A stretch of 64,000 bases of DNA, from NCBI GenBank assembly GCA_951406725.2, contig OX597830.1:51770001-51834000 (forward strand). The letters are read 5' to 3'. Under the pieces are notes generated by a model, which saw nothing but the letters and a program-made list of their open reading frames with translations, was not told the origin of the DNA and did no database searches. Shown here piece after piece: positions 26,979 through 41,961 of the stretch (positions are counted from its first letter, which is position 1; every line of letters begins with the position of its first letter). Both the position numbers and the translations under genes were made by a program. Origin of the DNA: Octopus vulgaris. Lineage: Eukaryota.

Positions 26979-27414
26979 ATAAATATATCAAAAGAGACGG
27001 TAATGATAGTATATATTTTATCTCTTTGTAACAAGAAACTGTTTTCGAGTGGCGTCTATCTTTCAATTTTAGCTAATTAATGTATCTTCAATATTTCAGA
27101 ATAACTGTGAAATGCTTTTATATATGTATGTGTGTCTGTTTGTGTGAGGGTATGTGTGTGTGTATGTGTCTGTATATGTTTGCGTGTATGTATATATATA
27201 TATATATATATATACTTAGATATGTATTATATTCTTATTATTGCTGTGTTGTTTTATTGTTGATGTCAGTTTGTTTTGTTGTTTTTATTAAGGGTGGATT
27301 AACTGAATCTTCAGATCTTCCGGAAGAAAATAAACTGTGTTGCTGTGTTTTCCATCTGTTTAAATTCTGCGTTCGTATCTGGCCGAAGATAAAATTAAGT
27401 TAAAAAAAGTTATT

Positions 27415-28558
27415 TTTTAATCTAAAATATATTCTCATTTTCTACAATGCTCTTCCATTTATCTGGTAGACTTGAAATGTCCTTCTTCCAAAATTCACTT
27501 CACCGTGACGAAAGGTACTCCTTCAGTAGTGTACTGTCCTTGTCTACAGAATTCATAGCTTTTTCTGACCAAATGATTTTCAAGACTGGAATAAATGATA
27601 ATCAGTTGGGGTAATGTCTGGCGAATATGGTGGATGGGACATCGTTTCCCATTCAAACTGCTCCAGCCTTTGAAATGTCATCCTCGCTGTATAGGCCGAG
27701 CATTATCCTGAAGGAAGAACACATTTCGTCTTGTATGATGACCGTTTTTCTTCTAATGCTGACTTAAGCTGCTCATGCAGCTTGCAGTAGATCTCCTTTG
27801 TTATCGTATGGTTTGGGTTTAAAAGTTCAAAGGGGATTAAACCTTTCATGTCTCACCAAACAGATAACAAGACCTTACGTGGGTGAAAACTTTCTTTAGC
27901 CTGAGGTGCCGGTGTTTCTCTTTTTCCTGCCAAATGTCCTCGGCGCTTGGCATTTTTATAGAAAACCCATTTCTTGTTACCAGACATTATTCGGTCCAAA
28001 GAAGATTCACACGTGTGATGTGACATTAACTCTCTGCGCGCGATTAGACTCGAAAAGTTTCTGAGGAACCCATTGACCCCAATTGCTGACTTTTCCGATG
28101 GCGCGCAGGTGTCGATGAATGATTGAATTACCAAATCCAAGCTTTTCTGCAAGTTCATGGATAATTACAAGGTTTGCAGGACTTCATCGTCGAACTCTAC
28201 AGATCTTCCAGGAAGAGGCTCATCTTCTAGGCTGTGGTTTCCAGCTCGGAATGTCTGGAACCACCGTTGACGCTGGCTTACACTTATTGTCCGATCCCTT
28301 AATATTCCGTTGTGTTATTGCCTTTATTGAACACAGAAAGCAAATTATGCTGAGTATGCTCCTTTGTCACCTCCATTATAGCTTTGAAAAAATAACTGTT
28401 AAAATCGAACTGCACTCTTCAAAACTCTCACTAAGAAAAAGGACAAGGTAAAATTACTACCTGCATTTATAGCAAATATATGCAGGTAGTTTATCCTGTA
28501 CTCCACCGAATTTTAGTTCATGTATTTGAAAAACTGCATTATTTATGGGTTGACCCAA
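27415..28558 (-). mobile_element. Near-full-length decayed mariner transposon
   Basis: TIR-like end (TA)TTGGGTCAACCCATAAATAATGC at 28536-28560; LDRIMSGNKKWVFY (GDEKW motif), HPRKVLLSVW, FLQDNAR, HPPYSPD (27616-27636). Confidence 0.88.
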
Positions 28559-28610
28559 TACTTACACACACACACATACACACTCACACATATTTATATA
28601 TGAATATGTG

Positions 28611-28965
28611 GTGGAAGCACTCCGTCGGTTAGGACGACGAGGGTTCCGGTTGATCCGATCAACGGAACAGCCTGCTCGTGAAATTAACGTGTAAGAGGCT
28701 GAGCACTCCACAGACACGTGTACCCTTAACGTAGTTCTCGGAGATATTCAGCGTGACACAGAGAGTGACAAGGCCGGCCCTTTGAAATACAGGTACAACA
28801 GAAACAGGAAGTAAGAGTGAGAGAAAGTTGGGGTGAAAGAGTACAGCAGGGATCACCACCATCCCTGTCGGAGCCTCGTGGAGATTTAGGTGTTTTCGCT
28901 CAATAAACACTCATAACGCCCGGTCTGGGAATCCGCTGCCCTGACCACTGGGCCATTGCGCCTCC
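28611..28965 (-). mobile_element. SINE family C, tail type 1, with 25-bp target-site duplication
   Basis: CTCACACATATTTATATATGAATAT at 28583-28607 and 28965-28989; deletion inside the tRNA head. Confidence 0.88.
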
Positions 28966-29750
28966 TCACACATATTTATATATGAATATAAATACCCATC
29001 TGTGTGTCGATATGTATGTACTGAGAAATATATGCATGCAAAAGCAACACCACGTTCATGATACCCACGCATCTAATTAAACCGTATTGTTTTTAAAATT
29101 ATTTCACTCCATAAAATCGTTATCATCACTATTATCATTATCAACACTATCGTTATTCCCACCACTATCATCATTATTAATTTTATGATTATTAAAGCCT
29201 ATTTTTAGGTTTCACTGAGATTGAATGTGTGCATACAATATGAAGTCATATGGAAAGGTAACATATGCAAAAGAAAAAGAAAATATATAACAAAAATACT
29301 AAATATTTCCTTTTCGCCTGTGGAATCAATATACAGACAATGAAATAGAAACATATCACCTTTGAGCATCCATACATATTGAAGTCTCTCTGAGCAAACA
29401 TTGTCATCAACCATTTGTATTTAAACTGGATTAGCTGCAACATAAAAACGAGAAATATAATATTGCGTGCTGCCAGAAGAGCAATGATAATGCAATAGTG
29501 TTATATTCAGTGGGAATCTACATAAAGATAAATATTTGTAAGCAATGTGAAAGAAGTGAAAAGATAAATGTCATAATGTAAATAAACTGATTTATAGATG
29601 CTAAATAAATATTTATGCACGCAAACTCGCATATATATACACACATTTATGCTATTCTGCGTATATGTGTGCATACCGGTTACGTACACATAAATATAGG
29701 TATTTGCACATACACACATGCACACACACACACACACACACACACACGCG

Positions 29751-29790
<40 letters not shown>

Positions 29791-29914
29791 ATAATATGCA
29801 CACCCACATAAGTAAATGATGTAAAGAGAGGGGAGGACAGAGATGTTAATTTTTTATGATCACACCTACATTCGGCCGCGTATGATATTATATATACATA
29901 TACACATATATAAC

Positions 29915-29990
<76 letters not shown>

Positions 29991-30934
29991 TATATATATA
30001 TAGAGAGACATATGCATTTACGCATACATGTATGTATGTGTGCATATGTGCGTGTGTTTGCGAATGTGTCCCCAAATCTTCAGAGCTGGTATCTAAATCC
30101 ATTATAAAATGAAATAATGAATATATTAATTTGTTAAAATGTAATTCCCCGTAATACCATAATATAGACATAATATGATAACGTAATATATGGGCCATTT
30201 TTTTATTTTTCGTGTATCATTACAGCTATTAGCTAATTAATTTAGTGGGGGGGGGGGGGATTTTGTAGGCACACACTATATCTATGTTTATATGCATATG
30301 TGTAAGTGTGGTGTGTGTGTGTGTTGAAATATAGATGTGTGCGTGTGTATTTGTTTGAATGTAAGCATTAAAGTAGATATATGCATGTATGTATGTATGT
30401 ATGTATGTATGTATGTATGTATGTATGAATGTTTGTATGTATGTATGTATGTATGTATTATGTATCTATGTATGTACGTATATGTACATAAATGGCTTGT
30501 GTAATAATAGAGCCGATTTATATGAGTAAGTTAGGAGTAAACTATGGATGTCTTTACCTCCATGAAATGTAAAACCCATGCTGCATATTATCTTCTTTGT
30601 TCACCCAAAATGTCATATAAACATAATAAAATAGGGTAATAATAATAAATTATTATTACCAGTCGGTGCTCCAGCATAAAGGCGGTGCTCCAGCATGGCC
30701 GCAGTCAAATGGCTGAAACAAGTAAAAGAGTAAAGAGTAAAAGAGTGGCCTAGCACAAAAGACGAAACTGGCCTTGGCAAATATATCTTGTTTGTTTGCT
30801 GAAAATAGTTAGAAACCGTTGGTCTGGGATATAGTTGAGATGGTAAATGTTCTTAATTTTCATCCCTTTCATGAATTTATCCCTTTTTGTGTTCTAGCAC
30901 AACGCTTCCTTATTTGGAAGCCTCTTATTGTATT

Positions 30935-30999
<65 letters not shown>

Positions 31000-31240
31000 A
31001 TATATATATATATATATATATATAGATATATATATATATATATTATCGTGTTGTATTTGTGGTATACACATTTTATTTTACCAAACAAACACACGCACTG
31101 TATATTCGTTCTCTGCTCGTTTATTACTCTTCTTATCTAATATCCACACGTGTGATAAACGTGTAAATATGTAGTGTGTCTGTTTATTTGGCGATCCTAT
31201 GACCGCTAATCTACTGCCCTAACAACTGGGTCAATGCGCT

Positions 31241-31296
<56 letters not shown>

Positions 31297-31421
31297 GTGT
31301 GTGTATGCATATATGTATATATATGTATATGTATATATATGTATATACGTATATATATATGTATATATATATATATGTATATGTGTATATGTATGTATAT
31401 GTATATTTATATAAATATGTG

Positions 31422-31460
<39 letters not shown>

Positions 31461-31479
31461 GAATATGTGTATATGTATG

Positions 31480-31568
<89 letters not shown>

Positions 31569-32676
31569 TACTTATGTATACCTATATACATATGCATATG
31601 TGGGCACGGGATGTCACAAAACGTAAACAACAAAAATACTAAGTACGAAGACATTGAATATGAACTTTTGCAAACAACGCAAGAAACAAATGGAAAACCA
31701 ATCAAACAACAGAAAGAACGACCCTTCATCATTTGTCGGCTGTTTTTCTAATCCGTATCTAGAGCAATTCACGACAAGATACGCCTTCGACAAAACATTT
31801 GCTCCTGCAAAGCAACTGAAATTGTTTTGAGAAAATTTGGTTTAAATGTTTGACAACTCAGCACCGTCCTTTGGACAGGGTACGTTTTTTTGCTCGTATA
31901 TATATATATGTGTGTGTGTGTGTATATATATGTATATATATATATATATTCGAAAAATAAAGAAAACACAAAGACGAGGTGAAAGAACCCAAAATATGAC
32001 GTATTGGGTTTACACTGATGTTAACTGGAAAATTATTTTTACCTTTCTTACCTACGCTCTTCTACGGAAAGGAAGGAAACGGTGAAATAAAATGTGGAGA
32101 GGAGAAAATGCATGTCTGAGTTAAACTGTCAAGGCATAATGAAATGACCGGAAGCGCGAGACATGGGTGGCAAGGGAGACAACAGTACCTATTTGCGTGT
32201 GTATGTGTGTGTGTATGAGGTAATGTATGCGTATATACACTCTGTGTTTCTGCTTTTGTGTACATGTGTATTGCAGAGGGTATATGAGCTTATGAGACTG
32301 TCAGACGTGTGGGTATGAAGTTATATGCGCGTGTGTTCTCATTTCCGTTTTGTATTATGCGTATAAGAGCCTATTAGACCTATTAATGTGCGTGAGTGTG
32401 TGTTTGTGTGTTTGTGTGCGTGCATTTAAGAAACAGTACTTTGTGCGAGTATGCTGTGTTTATGTGTGTGCATGCGTGTGAACGAGTCTGTCTGCACCCC
32501 GTTTTCAGTTTGTGTGTCTATGATCATTGACGTGATTGCATTGCATCTAGTTTATACGGGTTCTAGGGCTGTAATTTTTGAAGGACGTATGAAGCTAGTG
32601 TGTTTGTGCATGTATATACGTATGTATGGGCCATTGTATTTGCTTCCGAGACTATTATATCTGATGTATTTGTGTA

Positions 32677-32906
32677 CAGTAGTGGACAAAGGTTTAGATC
32701 ATTTGTTTTTTAAATTAAATTTGTTATGCTCAAATATAATTCGATTCAAATGTATACAACTGATCAAATAGCTCAATATCTACAAGAAAAAATCGCCAAA
32801 ATAATAATATAGCTCGACCAATTTGCTTACTTTTAACAGAATTTTTGGAATTTAATATAAAAATTCTAATTTTCAGGCCTATGTTGCAAACTTTTGGCCA
32901 CGACTG
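32677..32906. mobile_element. Tc1-type MITE
   Basis: Imperfect TIRs CAGTAGTGGACAAAGGTTT / AAACTTTTGGCCACGACTG, flanked by TA/TG. Confidence 0.7.
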
Positions 32907-33294
32907 TGTGGTAGGAGATTGTTAGGTGTGTCATACTGGATAGAGATGTTAAGTGGAATAGCGGTGAAAAAGTGATAGGTTTTGGGAAGAGTGATTGTGC
33001 GATCGTATACTTACTGTTGTACATGAAGATGGATAGAGTAGCGTGTGTGATGATGGTGCTGATGATGGTGATGTGTTTGAATGTGTGGGTAGTAGTGCGA
33101 GTAGTGGAGTAGGAAAAAGGATAGTGTGTGCACGCGTTTGTGGAAGTGTGTGTAGAGTGGGAGGCGTGTTAAAATGAAGAGGAATGGAGAATTAAGGTCG
33201 TGAGGGACTGGAATGTTGAGAGAAAATTACGTTCAGTTCCAGATGGAGATGGAAGTCCATGAGTATAATAAACAATTGCACATACAGATTATAC

Positions 33295-33840
33295 ATACAG
33301 CTGCAGTTTCATAAGCGCAGTCGCCGAGGCATCTTAAACATCAAATGGATAGAGTCTCAAATATGAAAGTTTGGGGGCCAGCCCAGATGCCGAACTTAGA
33401 TGTACTGCTCACACAGGCTCAGCTAAGATAGCCTAAAAACTTCGTGCGCATGCAGGATAACAGGTTACTAAAGCAGCTCTTCTACTCTGAACTGGCAGAG
33501 GGCCATCGAGCAAGAGGACCGTCGAAACTTTGCTATAGAGACACCCTGACAAAAGGCCCTCCAGATATGTGAGATTGATGAAGAACAACGGGAAATTGTG
33601 GTCATGAACAGATCTGGAGGCAAGCAATTGGAATGAAAAAAAACCTACGAATATGGAAGACGAGTCAGCCAAGTGGAAAAGCGCGTGGCAATGAAGGCCA
33701 AACCTAACACAGCATCGTGTATCAAGTATGCGGTCACCACAGTGCATCTGACTTTCGCTTCAAAGCTCATATGAGGCTACTCAAATGAACAATGTGCTAG
33801 GTTGGACTTTTTCGATCATGATAGACGACCAACAACAACA
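33295..33840 (+). mobile_element. RTE-clade LINE 3' fragment, decayed
   Basis: FHKR..RGILNIKW.DRVSN..QAQLR..RMQDNRLLKQLFYSELAEG..; ends in (CAA)n tail. Confidence 0.75.
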
Positions 33841-34737
33841 GATACAGACATATACAATAATGCAAAAATGATCAACATACATCATTGTGTAGAGAGAGTA
33901 TGTTAAAATGTGTTTTGCAAAACAAGACCTACACATTTAGAGGGAATAGTCCTGTTACCTCATATACATAATAGATAGAAAAATAGATAGACAGATGGTT
34001 AGATACTCGCATACATACGTACATACATACATACACACATATATACATACATACATACATGCATACATGCATACATACATACATACATACATGCATATAT
34101 ACATACATGCATACATGCATACATGCATACATACATACATACATACATACACGCATATATGCATACATGCAAACATACATACATATATTCATACATACAT
34201 ACATACATACATACGTACATACATACATACACACGTATATGCATACATGCATACATGCATACATGCATACATACATACATACATGCATACATGCATACAT
34301 ACATACATACATACATACATACATACATACATACATACATACCCACAAATACATATTCACACATACGCACACGTATATGTACAAGTGAGGTTGTGTGTGC
34401 GCGCGCTGGGGCGTGTGCAAAACAAGATGGAGGGAAAAGTGTTCGCATGCCAAATGATGAGGGAAATATTATTTATTGACGCTGGTAAAATTGCACAAAC
34501 TGTTACTCCAAGTTTCATGTAACCATTCGTCACATAGCTGTGAGTATCCACAACAACGCAATAGTCTATAAGTATGAATATTCATGATAACCAACCCATG
34601 AAATAAATATATAAAGCCAATTGGGTTAATAGTTTTTAAAATAATGAGACACCTTTTACATAAGAGCTATTGACAGTTACGGAATGTTATAAAAACATTA
34701 AGTTGAATCAAATAAAAAATTTTAAATTGGATATATA

Positions 34738-35157
34738 GGCGCAGGAGTGGCTGTGTGGTAAGTAGCTTGCCTACCAACCACATGGTTCTGGGTTCAGTCC
34801 CACTGCGTGACATCTTGGGCAAGTGTCTTCTGCTATAGCCTCGGGCCGACCAATGCCTTGTGAGTGGATTTGGTAGACGGAAACTGAAAGAAGCCTGTCG
34901 TATATATGTATATATGTGTGTGTATGTGTATGTATATGTTTGTGTGTCTGTGTTTGTCCCTCTAGCATTGCTTGACAACCGATGTTGGTGTGTTTACGTC
35001 CCCGTCACTTGCTGTTCGGCAAAAAGAGACCGATAGAATAAGTACTGAGCTTACAAAGAATAAGTCCCGGGTTCGATTTGCTCGACTAAAGGCGGTGCTC
35101 CAGCATGGCCGCAGTCAAATGACTGAAACAAGTAAAAGAGTAAAAGAGTAAAGAGTA
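34738..35157 (+). mobile_element. tRNA-derived SINE family B, full length; other copies 36180-36642 +, 39355-39777 +, 42118-42425 +, 47886-48264 -, fragments 17640-17760 -, 30662-30745 +, 47300-47660 -
   Basis: A-box TGGCTGTGTGG, B-box GGTTCAGTCCC, internal (TA/TG)n, GGCGGTGCTCCAGCATGGCC, (AAAGAGTA)n tail; copies nearly identical. Confidence 0.9.
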
Positions 35158-36351
35158 ATATATACATAAATCTTTACACGCACACAGTCACATACTCTGA
35201 TGCACATACTCACACATACGCAGACTTATGGACATATATATGTCTCCTATGTGTGTGCTGTGCGGGCGGTTTTGTCTCTATATATATTAGAATAGGTATA
35301 TGTACGTAGGTATAGGTATGTGTATGTAGGCGTGTGTACACCTATCACTAACACCACTTTACAAATATGCTATTGGCTTACTCTGTACTCGTTAAAGTCA
35401 CAGTACAGTAAATCAATAACAATAACTGTCAGATATATTTTCCTTTATCAATCAGTGCTGTCCAGAAAAAAATATTCAGACAACAGGAAACATTTTCTGA
35501 AGAAACGAATGAAATACTTTAAGATCAGAGATAAAAAAAAAAGCACAATTACGATATTTATTTGAAGGAGATCAATTCACAACATTATTTTTTTTTATTT
35601 CTATTGGTTTAACTAAATCAATTTTCTATCTCTTAAGATATATAATTTACTTTATACTTTTCGTTTATCTTTATCCCTTAATTCTGCTAACTCCATCAGT
35701 TGTCTTCTCAGTTTTTTTTACAGAATTTATTTATTAGCAATGACGTAAGACTGGATGGTCAGTAAGATAACTGACCTAAAGATTAGAGACGGAAAATAAT
35801 ATAGCTGAATGTTCTCTCAATAAACGTGTGAATATATCACTTTCACATCAAACTTAATCTTCGCTGTAAAAACAGGGAGCCCATGGGGTCGCGATAGATG
35901 TTTATAGGTAGAGATTTGAGCTTATTCTATATGTCACTCAACAAATATTTTGCTTTTAATGTATGGAGAAAATTAGATGTTAAGACAGCGTCTATGCAGT
36001 ACCTTATAATGCTAAATATAGCAACCAAATCACTATCTCATCAAATTCTAGTCTTCAAAAATTGAAATAATATTAATCAGTGAGTTGAACTTCAATATTC
36101 TCGGTTGATCTGCTGAATATAACAGCCAAATGGACACTTGAGAAATGCAGTATTTTTTGAAATCAGAAAGCACACGTACGCGCAGGCGTAGCTGTGCGGT
36201 AAAGAGCTTGCTTACCAACTACATGGTTCCGGGATGGTTCCGGGTTCAGCACCACTGCGTGGCACCTTGGGCAAGTGCTTTCTACTATCGCCTCGGGCCG
36301 ACCAAAGCCTTGTGAATGGATTTGGTAGACGGAAACTGAAAGACTCCCACC

Positions 36352-36415
<64 letters not shown>

Positions 36416-39400
36416 GTATTGATCTATATATGTGTGTCTGTGCTTGTCCCTCCAACATCGCTTGACAACCTATGCTGGTGCGTTTACGTCCCCGTAACTT
36501 AACTTAGCGGTTCGGTAAGAGAGACTGATAGAATAAGTACTAGGCTTACAAATAATAAGTCCTGGGGTCGATTTGCTCGACTAAAGGCGGTGCCCTAACA
36601 TGGCTGCAGTCACATGACTGAAACAAGTAAAAGAATAAAAGATTAAAAAAAACAAATCGAGCAACTATCAATTTGCCTAGATCAGCTTCTGACAGATCCA
36701 CACACAAGCATTTGGTTGTACCGAGGCGATTTCCGTTGTAACTTGGAATGGCACTTTTGTATCCTTCTATATGTTGGATATACAGATTTCACGAACTGGA
36801 GATAGACACAACTGACTTCATACGGCGTACTTCAGCTTTTAGTCGGCTCCAGGCCATAGTTGAAGACACTTGACCAAAGTAGCACGCTGTGGGATTGAAC
36901 ACAGAACCATGTGTTTGGGAAGCAACTATATTGATGTCTGTCTATTCTTTCGTTATTTCATCAAAAGAATTGGTTGAAATGAAATATGAGGAAATTATGC
37001 CGGATTAGGTAACTTTGAGGAAATCCTTTAATCCACTCTACGAATAATTAAGATCGATATGATGACATAGAGATCCTGTATTGATATCGATTTTCGTAGA
37101 AGTAACTTCATGTAAATATGATTTCTGTTCTCAGCAGCTGACGATGTTGAGTAAGGGATGTTAAGGTACAGAATTAGAACGGAAATGGAAGAGAAATAAT
37201 TCAGAGAAAGAGAGAGAGAGAGCGAGCGGAGAGAAGGGAAAGACGGAAAGAAAGACTGGGACATAAAGTAAGGAAAAGTGGGTAAAGAAATAGAAGATGA
37301 GAGAAAAGAGAGTTTGGAGTGAGGGAAAACGATTAAGAGAGAGATGGAGACAGACAAAGACAGAAAGATAGAGACAGGACAGAGAGAGAGAATGGAGGAG
37401 AGAGTAAGAGAGAGATAGCAAAGTAAGAATGAAAAGCATGAGAGAGAGACAGATAAAAAAAGGTTGAGAAAGTGGGAAAGAGGAGGAGAAGCGAGGGATT
37501 TAGTGACAGAGATAGAAACAAAGAAGAAGACAAAGGGGATCTAGAGAAAGTGTGGCAGTAAAGCACAGAGAGAAGGGGGGGAAGAAAGAGTGGGAATTAC
37601 TATTAAGTGAAGGCAATAATTGGTAGCATTGCAGGTAAATTAGAAGCCGTTATTGAAGGCAACGCTATGGCTAAAACAATTAGGAAACAGAAGTGAATGC
37701 TCTACAGGGTTTAGTGACATGTTTTGTGAATTTTCTATTTATAAAGATTGATTTGGCGTTCGGGGTTCTCTCCCCACACTCTCTCTCAAGGATTGATTGA
37801 ATAGTTATTGAACAAACATCGACAATAATTTAATTACCTGAGATTTGCCAACAATGTCTAATGTCTCCGATGAATATAAAAATTTCTGTTTAAGAAAATG
37901 TAGAGAACATTCCGCTAGAAATCTGCTTGATCAGGGCTTTCAAAGGGGACCTGTCATTTCATTTAGGGGAATCTGTCTTCTAATTCAAGCCAACACAATC
38001 TAGAATGTTCTGGTAGTGTTTCAAGTATTAGCCTTACCCGCTACGCAAGCTTACAACTATGTTTTCAGGTACCGAGGTAGAATTTGAACTCTGGATGCGA
38101 AAAGGCTGGAAATATAGCATAAATTGTTTCGTTCGATGCCTCAAAGAAGTCCATAAACCCGCTGCCATGAAACGGGGCTTTATCAATCGATTCCGATGGG
38201 ATGAAAGACGAAGTTGGCCTCGGTCGAATGCAGAGCACCAGAACGCACATCACCAGTCATTCTGTTTTCCATTCCAACGGGGTAATTCCCTACCTCAGGT
38301 TTTCGGTTAAGTGAAAACAATAACCTCGAAACTATTTTATTTTCCCGTAAAATATCCGATATAGTCTTGTTCAGCTACATTTAGCTATTGATTCAGGTAT
38401 TAAGGTAAGCAACATCTTTTATCGACTAGCATTGATCAGGACGACAGAGTCACCACATACCCAATTACTTCTAGAATTATGGCATTTATCTCATAAATCT
38501 CGGATATGTATGGGATTGTTTCATCATTCTATCTTTTGAAGCCAGTAATATTTCGGCTCGCCACTCTTCACAAGAACACTGCGGTTTTGTGGGATTTTCA
38601 CCGACAGCCACCGTACAAACACCAACAATTCGGTCAAGATTACCAGCCGCAGTTTTCTTCAAAGATCATGGAAGGTTCCAGCACCCATGGATTAAATCGA
38701 TCTAAGTGCTTCCAAAAGATAAAAGCTACAAGATAATTTCAGGATAAATTTAAAACAATATGAAGAAAAGAAAGAAGAAAAAAAAACATTTGATGAAATA
38801 ATATGAATGCTAAACTCGAACTCACAACATACAAGTCGGTAACTAAATACCTTGAGGAACTTTGTCTGATGCTAAACTGAATTTGTTTTAACAGCAATCT
38901 ACATTTGCCTTATCAGTAATCTACATTAATCTGCCTTTAATTCCTTTGTGTTTTTTGTTTCACAAAACCGCTTCAAAATAAACACTGACACTATCAATTT
39001 GTTGTTCGTTTCATTTGACGGATGGAGTGTTTTCATAATAGCTATATGCAACAGCATCTTCCCTTCAGCATTATCTCTAAATACTTTAAAATCCAGAGAA
39101 AAATGGGCGTGGTCGAAAAATATTTATTGTTAAATAAATAACTGGCCATCTCACTATAATTAAAAGATTACAAAGCTTTTTACTTTCTGCTCATTCGAAT
39201 CTGCGGCAACTAATTCCTTTTTTTTTTTTTTTTTTGCTTTGTCTGTTTCATTATTCCTGGAAATGGATGGTTATCTCGGCTCATTGATTGAAACTTTGTT
39301 TTTTAATATTTAACACAGATGAATCTTTTTGAATACAATTTATCATTGTTTAGTCAGGTAGTGGCTGTGTGGTAAGTAGCTTGCTAACCAATCACATGGT

Positions 39401-40229
39401 TCCGGGTTCAGTCCCACTGCATGGCATCTTGGGCAAGTGTCTTCTGCTATAGCCCCGGGCCGACCAATGCCTTGTGAGTGGATTTGGTAGACGGAAACTG
39501 AAAGAAGCCTGTCGTATATATGTATATATATATATATGTGTGTGTGAATATGTTTGTGTGTGTGTTTGTGTGTCTGTGTTTGTCCCCCTAGCATTGCTTG
39601 ACAACCGATGCTGGTGTGTTTACGTCCCCGTCACTTAGCGGTTCGGCAAAAGAGACCGATAGAATAAGTACTGGGCTTACAAAGAATAAGTCCCGGGGTC
39701 GATTTGCTCGACTAAAGGCGGTGCTCCAGCATGGCCGCAGTCAAATGACTGAAACAAGTAAAAAGAGAGTAAAAGAATATATTAACAAAAACAAAGAAAA
39801 AAAAAACAGAAAGCAATTGAAGCAAGGATTTTAAGTGACTTTATAAACCAAAATTTATTGGTAGAGCAACGGAAAATGTTGTGCCAGAATAAATAGAATA
39901 ACAGACTGTACAATGACATTGGAACGTTGCAGTAATAAAATTGCCAGAATATTAAAACCAAATGCCTTGCGATCCTTCTTTTTCCTTCTTAGTTCAAATC
40001 CCGCTGATTATGTCCTTGCGCTTCGTTTTTCCTAACACTCATATCATGAAATAGCAATCAAACGTTGCGTTGTCTTATGTACAGGATTGCCAGGCTGAAT
40101 TTCACGAATTTTATGTCTATTTTCGAGGGGAAATGCTTGATGTATAGGGAAACAGCCAACGGCATTGGAGAGCATAAAAATTACTGTTCTGGGTGCAAGA
40201 AAGTTAACTGACATGGAGAACTGGAAGCC

Positions 40230-40877
40230 ATCATAATATTAGAAAAGAATTACCTGTATCATTATGATTCGCACCAGATATCAAAATGACGACATCACGA
40301 CTGCTACTCAATGCTCTGTGGACACTGTAAAGGGAACACTGTAAGGGGACAGCTGCAACAGAGACAACGAGGCCGTGGCCAGCAGAGAGAGAGATACAGC
40401 TGAGGTTCTGACTGCGTCCGCAAGCCGTAGTTTGTCTAAGAGCACCAGGACAAAGTGAGCACCAGGACAGATCCGAACAGGGGAATCCGGATTTTGGCGA
40501 GACAGTTGGGTGTTGGTGCCACCACAATGAAGCTGGCTCTGAATGAGGACCTTAGATACCACTCGTACAAAAGGCGCAAAATCTAAATTCTGACACTGAT
40601 AGCCAATGAGAACCTTTTGACGAAGGCAAAGTTCCGCCCGTTGAGGTGGGGATAATCTGATTCTTCTCAGATGAAAACAAATTGTGTCAAGACAATTTGC
40701 ACAACACACAGAAGAATAGAATTGGAACATTGCTATTGAGAGAAACGGTGATTATGTCGAGAAGTAGGATGTGATCTACAGAGGACCAGCTTCATTTTGA
40801 TGCATGATACATGTTCCTGTGTTGGTAATTATACCTGTCCTAAACAAAAAAGCATTACTTTTTGACTCACCCTCGTA
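40230..40877 (+). mobile_element. Tc1/mariner-superfamily transposase remnant with 3' TIR
   Basis: FFSDENKLCQDNLHNTQKNR (first catalytic-D motif, 40661-40720); mariner-type end TTTTTGACTCACCCTCG(TA). Confidence 0.65.
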
Positions 40878-41105
40878 TGTGTGTAGTTATATGCATATGT
40901 GCATACTAGATATAACTCTTTGGAGAGATCGACAATGCCAAATTAGTTGGCAACATCGCTTGGGTACCGTTTGGCAACTGTATGCCATTTAAATTGAGAA
41001 AAATACCAACTTAATTATTTCAATAAGAGTCGCTTGTCATGGGATGAAAACGCAAAAGTACCTACACTGATGCTTTCTACATGCTATCGGTTGTTTTATT
41101 AATCA

Positions 41106-41496
41106 CAAGCAGTATCGCCCAGCGTTGCTCGGGTTTGTTTCGACCCTTTAGAATTGGAATTTTTGAAAAGTAAAAATTTTGCATTATGTAGCTTGTTATG
41201 TTCTTTAAGTGAACATTTTTCGGGTTGAAATACACCGAAAAATGGCGACACAGTAGTCAAAATATCGTAAAAAAATAGGGATTTTCATAGAAAAAAAGCA
41301 CTTTTTTGATGTAAATAATTTTTGGCGTTAACATGGTCCGATTTGAATTTTTTCTTCTACGAAATAAAGAGCAAGCCTTCTTCTATCATACTCTCAATTT
41401 TGGTCAACTTGCGCTGCAGGGTCTCGGAGGAGATAGTGTTAGTTGAAGGCTACCAAACCTGCCATACACAGACAACTTCAGCTTTATATATATAGA
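41106..41496 (-). mobile_element. Non-autonomous Helitron
   Basis: Minus strand begins TC(TATATATATAAAGC) and ends with GC hairpin CCCGAGC-AAC-GCTGGG about a dozen nt before CTTG-T (CTAG variant); no TSD. Confidence 0.75.
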
Positions 41497-41961
41497 AATT
41501 ACAAAAATACACATCTAATAAGTCAGTATTTATGACTGTACAACTGCTATAAGTATACCATCCAGACCCAGCGCACCGCATAGCCGAAATTGTGACTTCT
41601 CACCAAGCGGAGTTGTATCTCTAGCAAGTAATAGGCAATGACTTCATCAATATTTACTTAATTCTGTGTGCGAACGTATGTGCTTCAAACCACGCTTATG
41701 TTTGCCCTTGTATGTGCATGTGGATTTTTAAGAGCGACTGTACGTGTGCTAGACCACGTATGTGTAGGTGTTTATGGTTCCATAGCTATTAACGGTTATA
41801 TCAAATACCTTGTTCGCTGATATTTGTTATGGATCTTCTATGAGTATAAAGCTTTATAACTTAATTTGTCACTTATATATTCGAAGGCCAAGAAGAAATC
41901 TTGCGAAACACAGGAGACACATCTACACTGACAGATACACCTAAACCATATTTTCAGTGTC

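Noticed and set aside
38500-38660. SWIM-finger- or Kunitz-like peptides on the minus strand (PQCSCEEWR; YGGCR)
   Set aside because: Remaining ligands are missing and the frames are closed by stops
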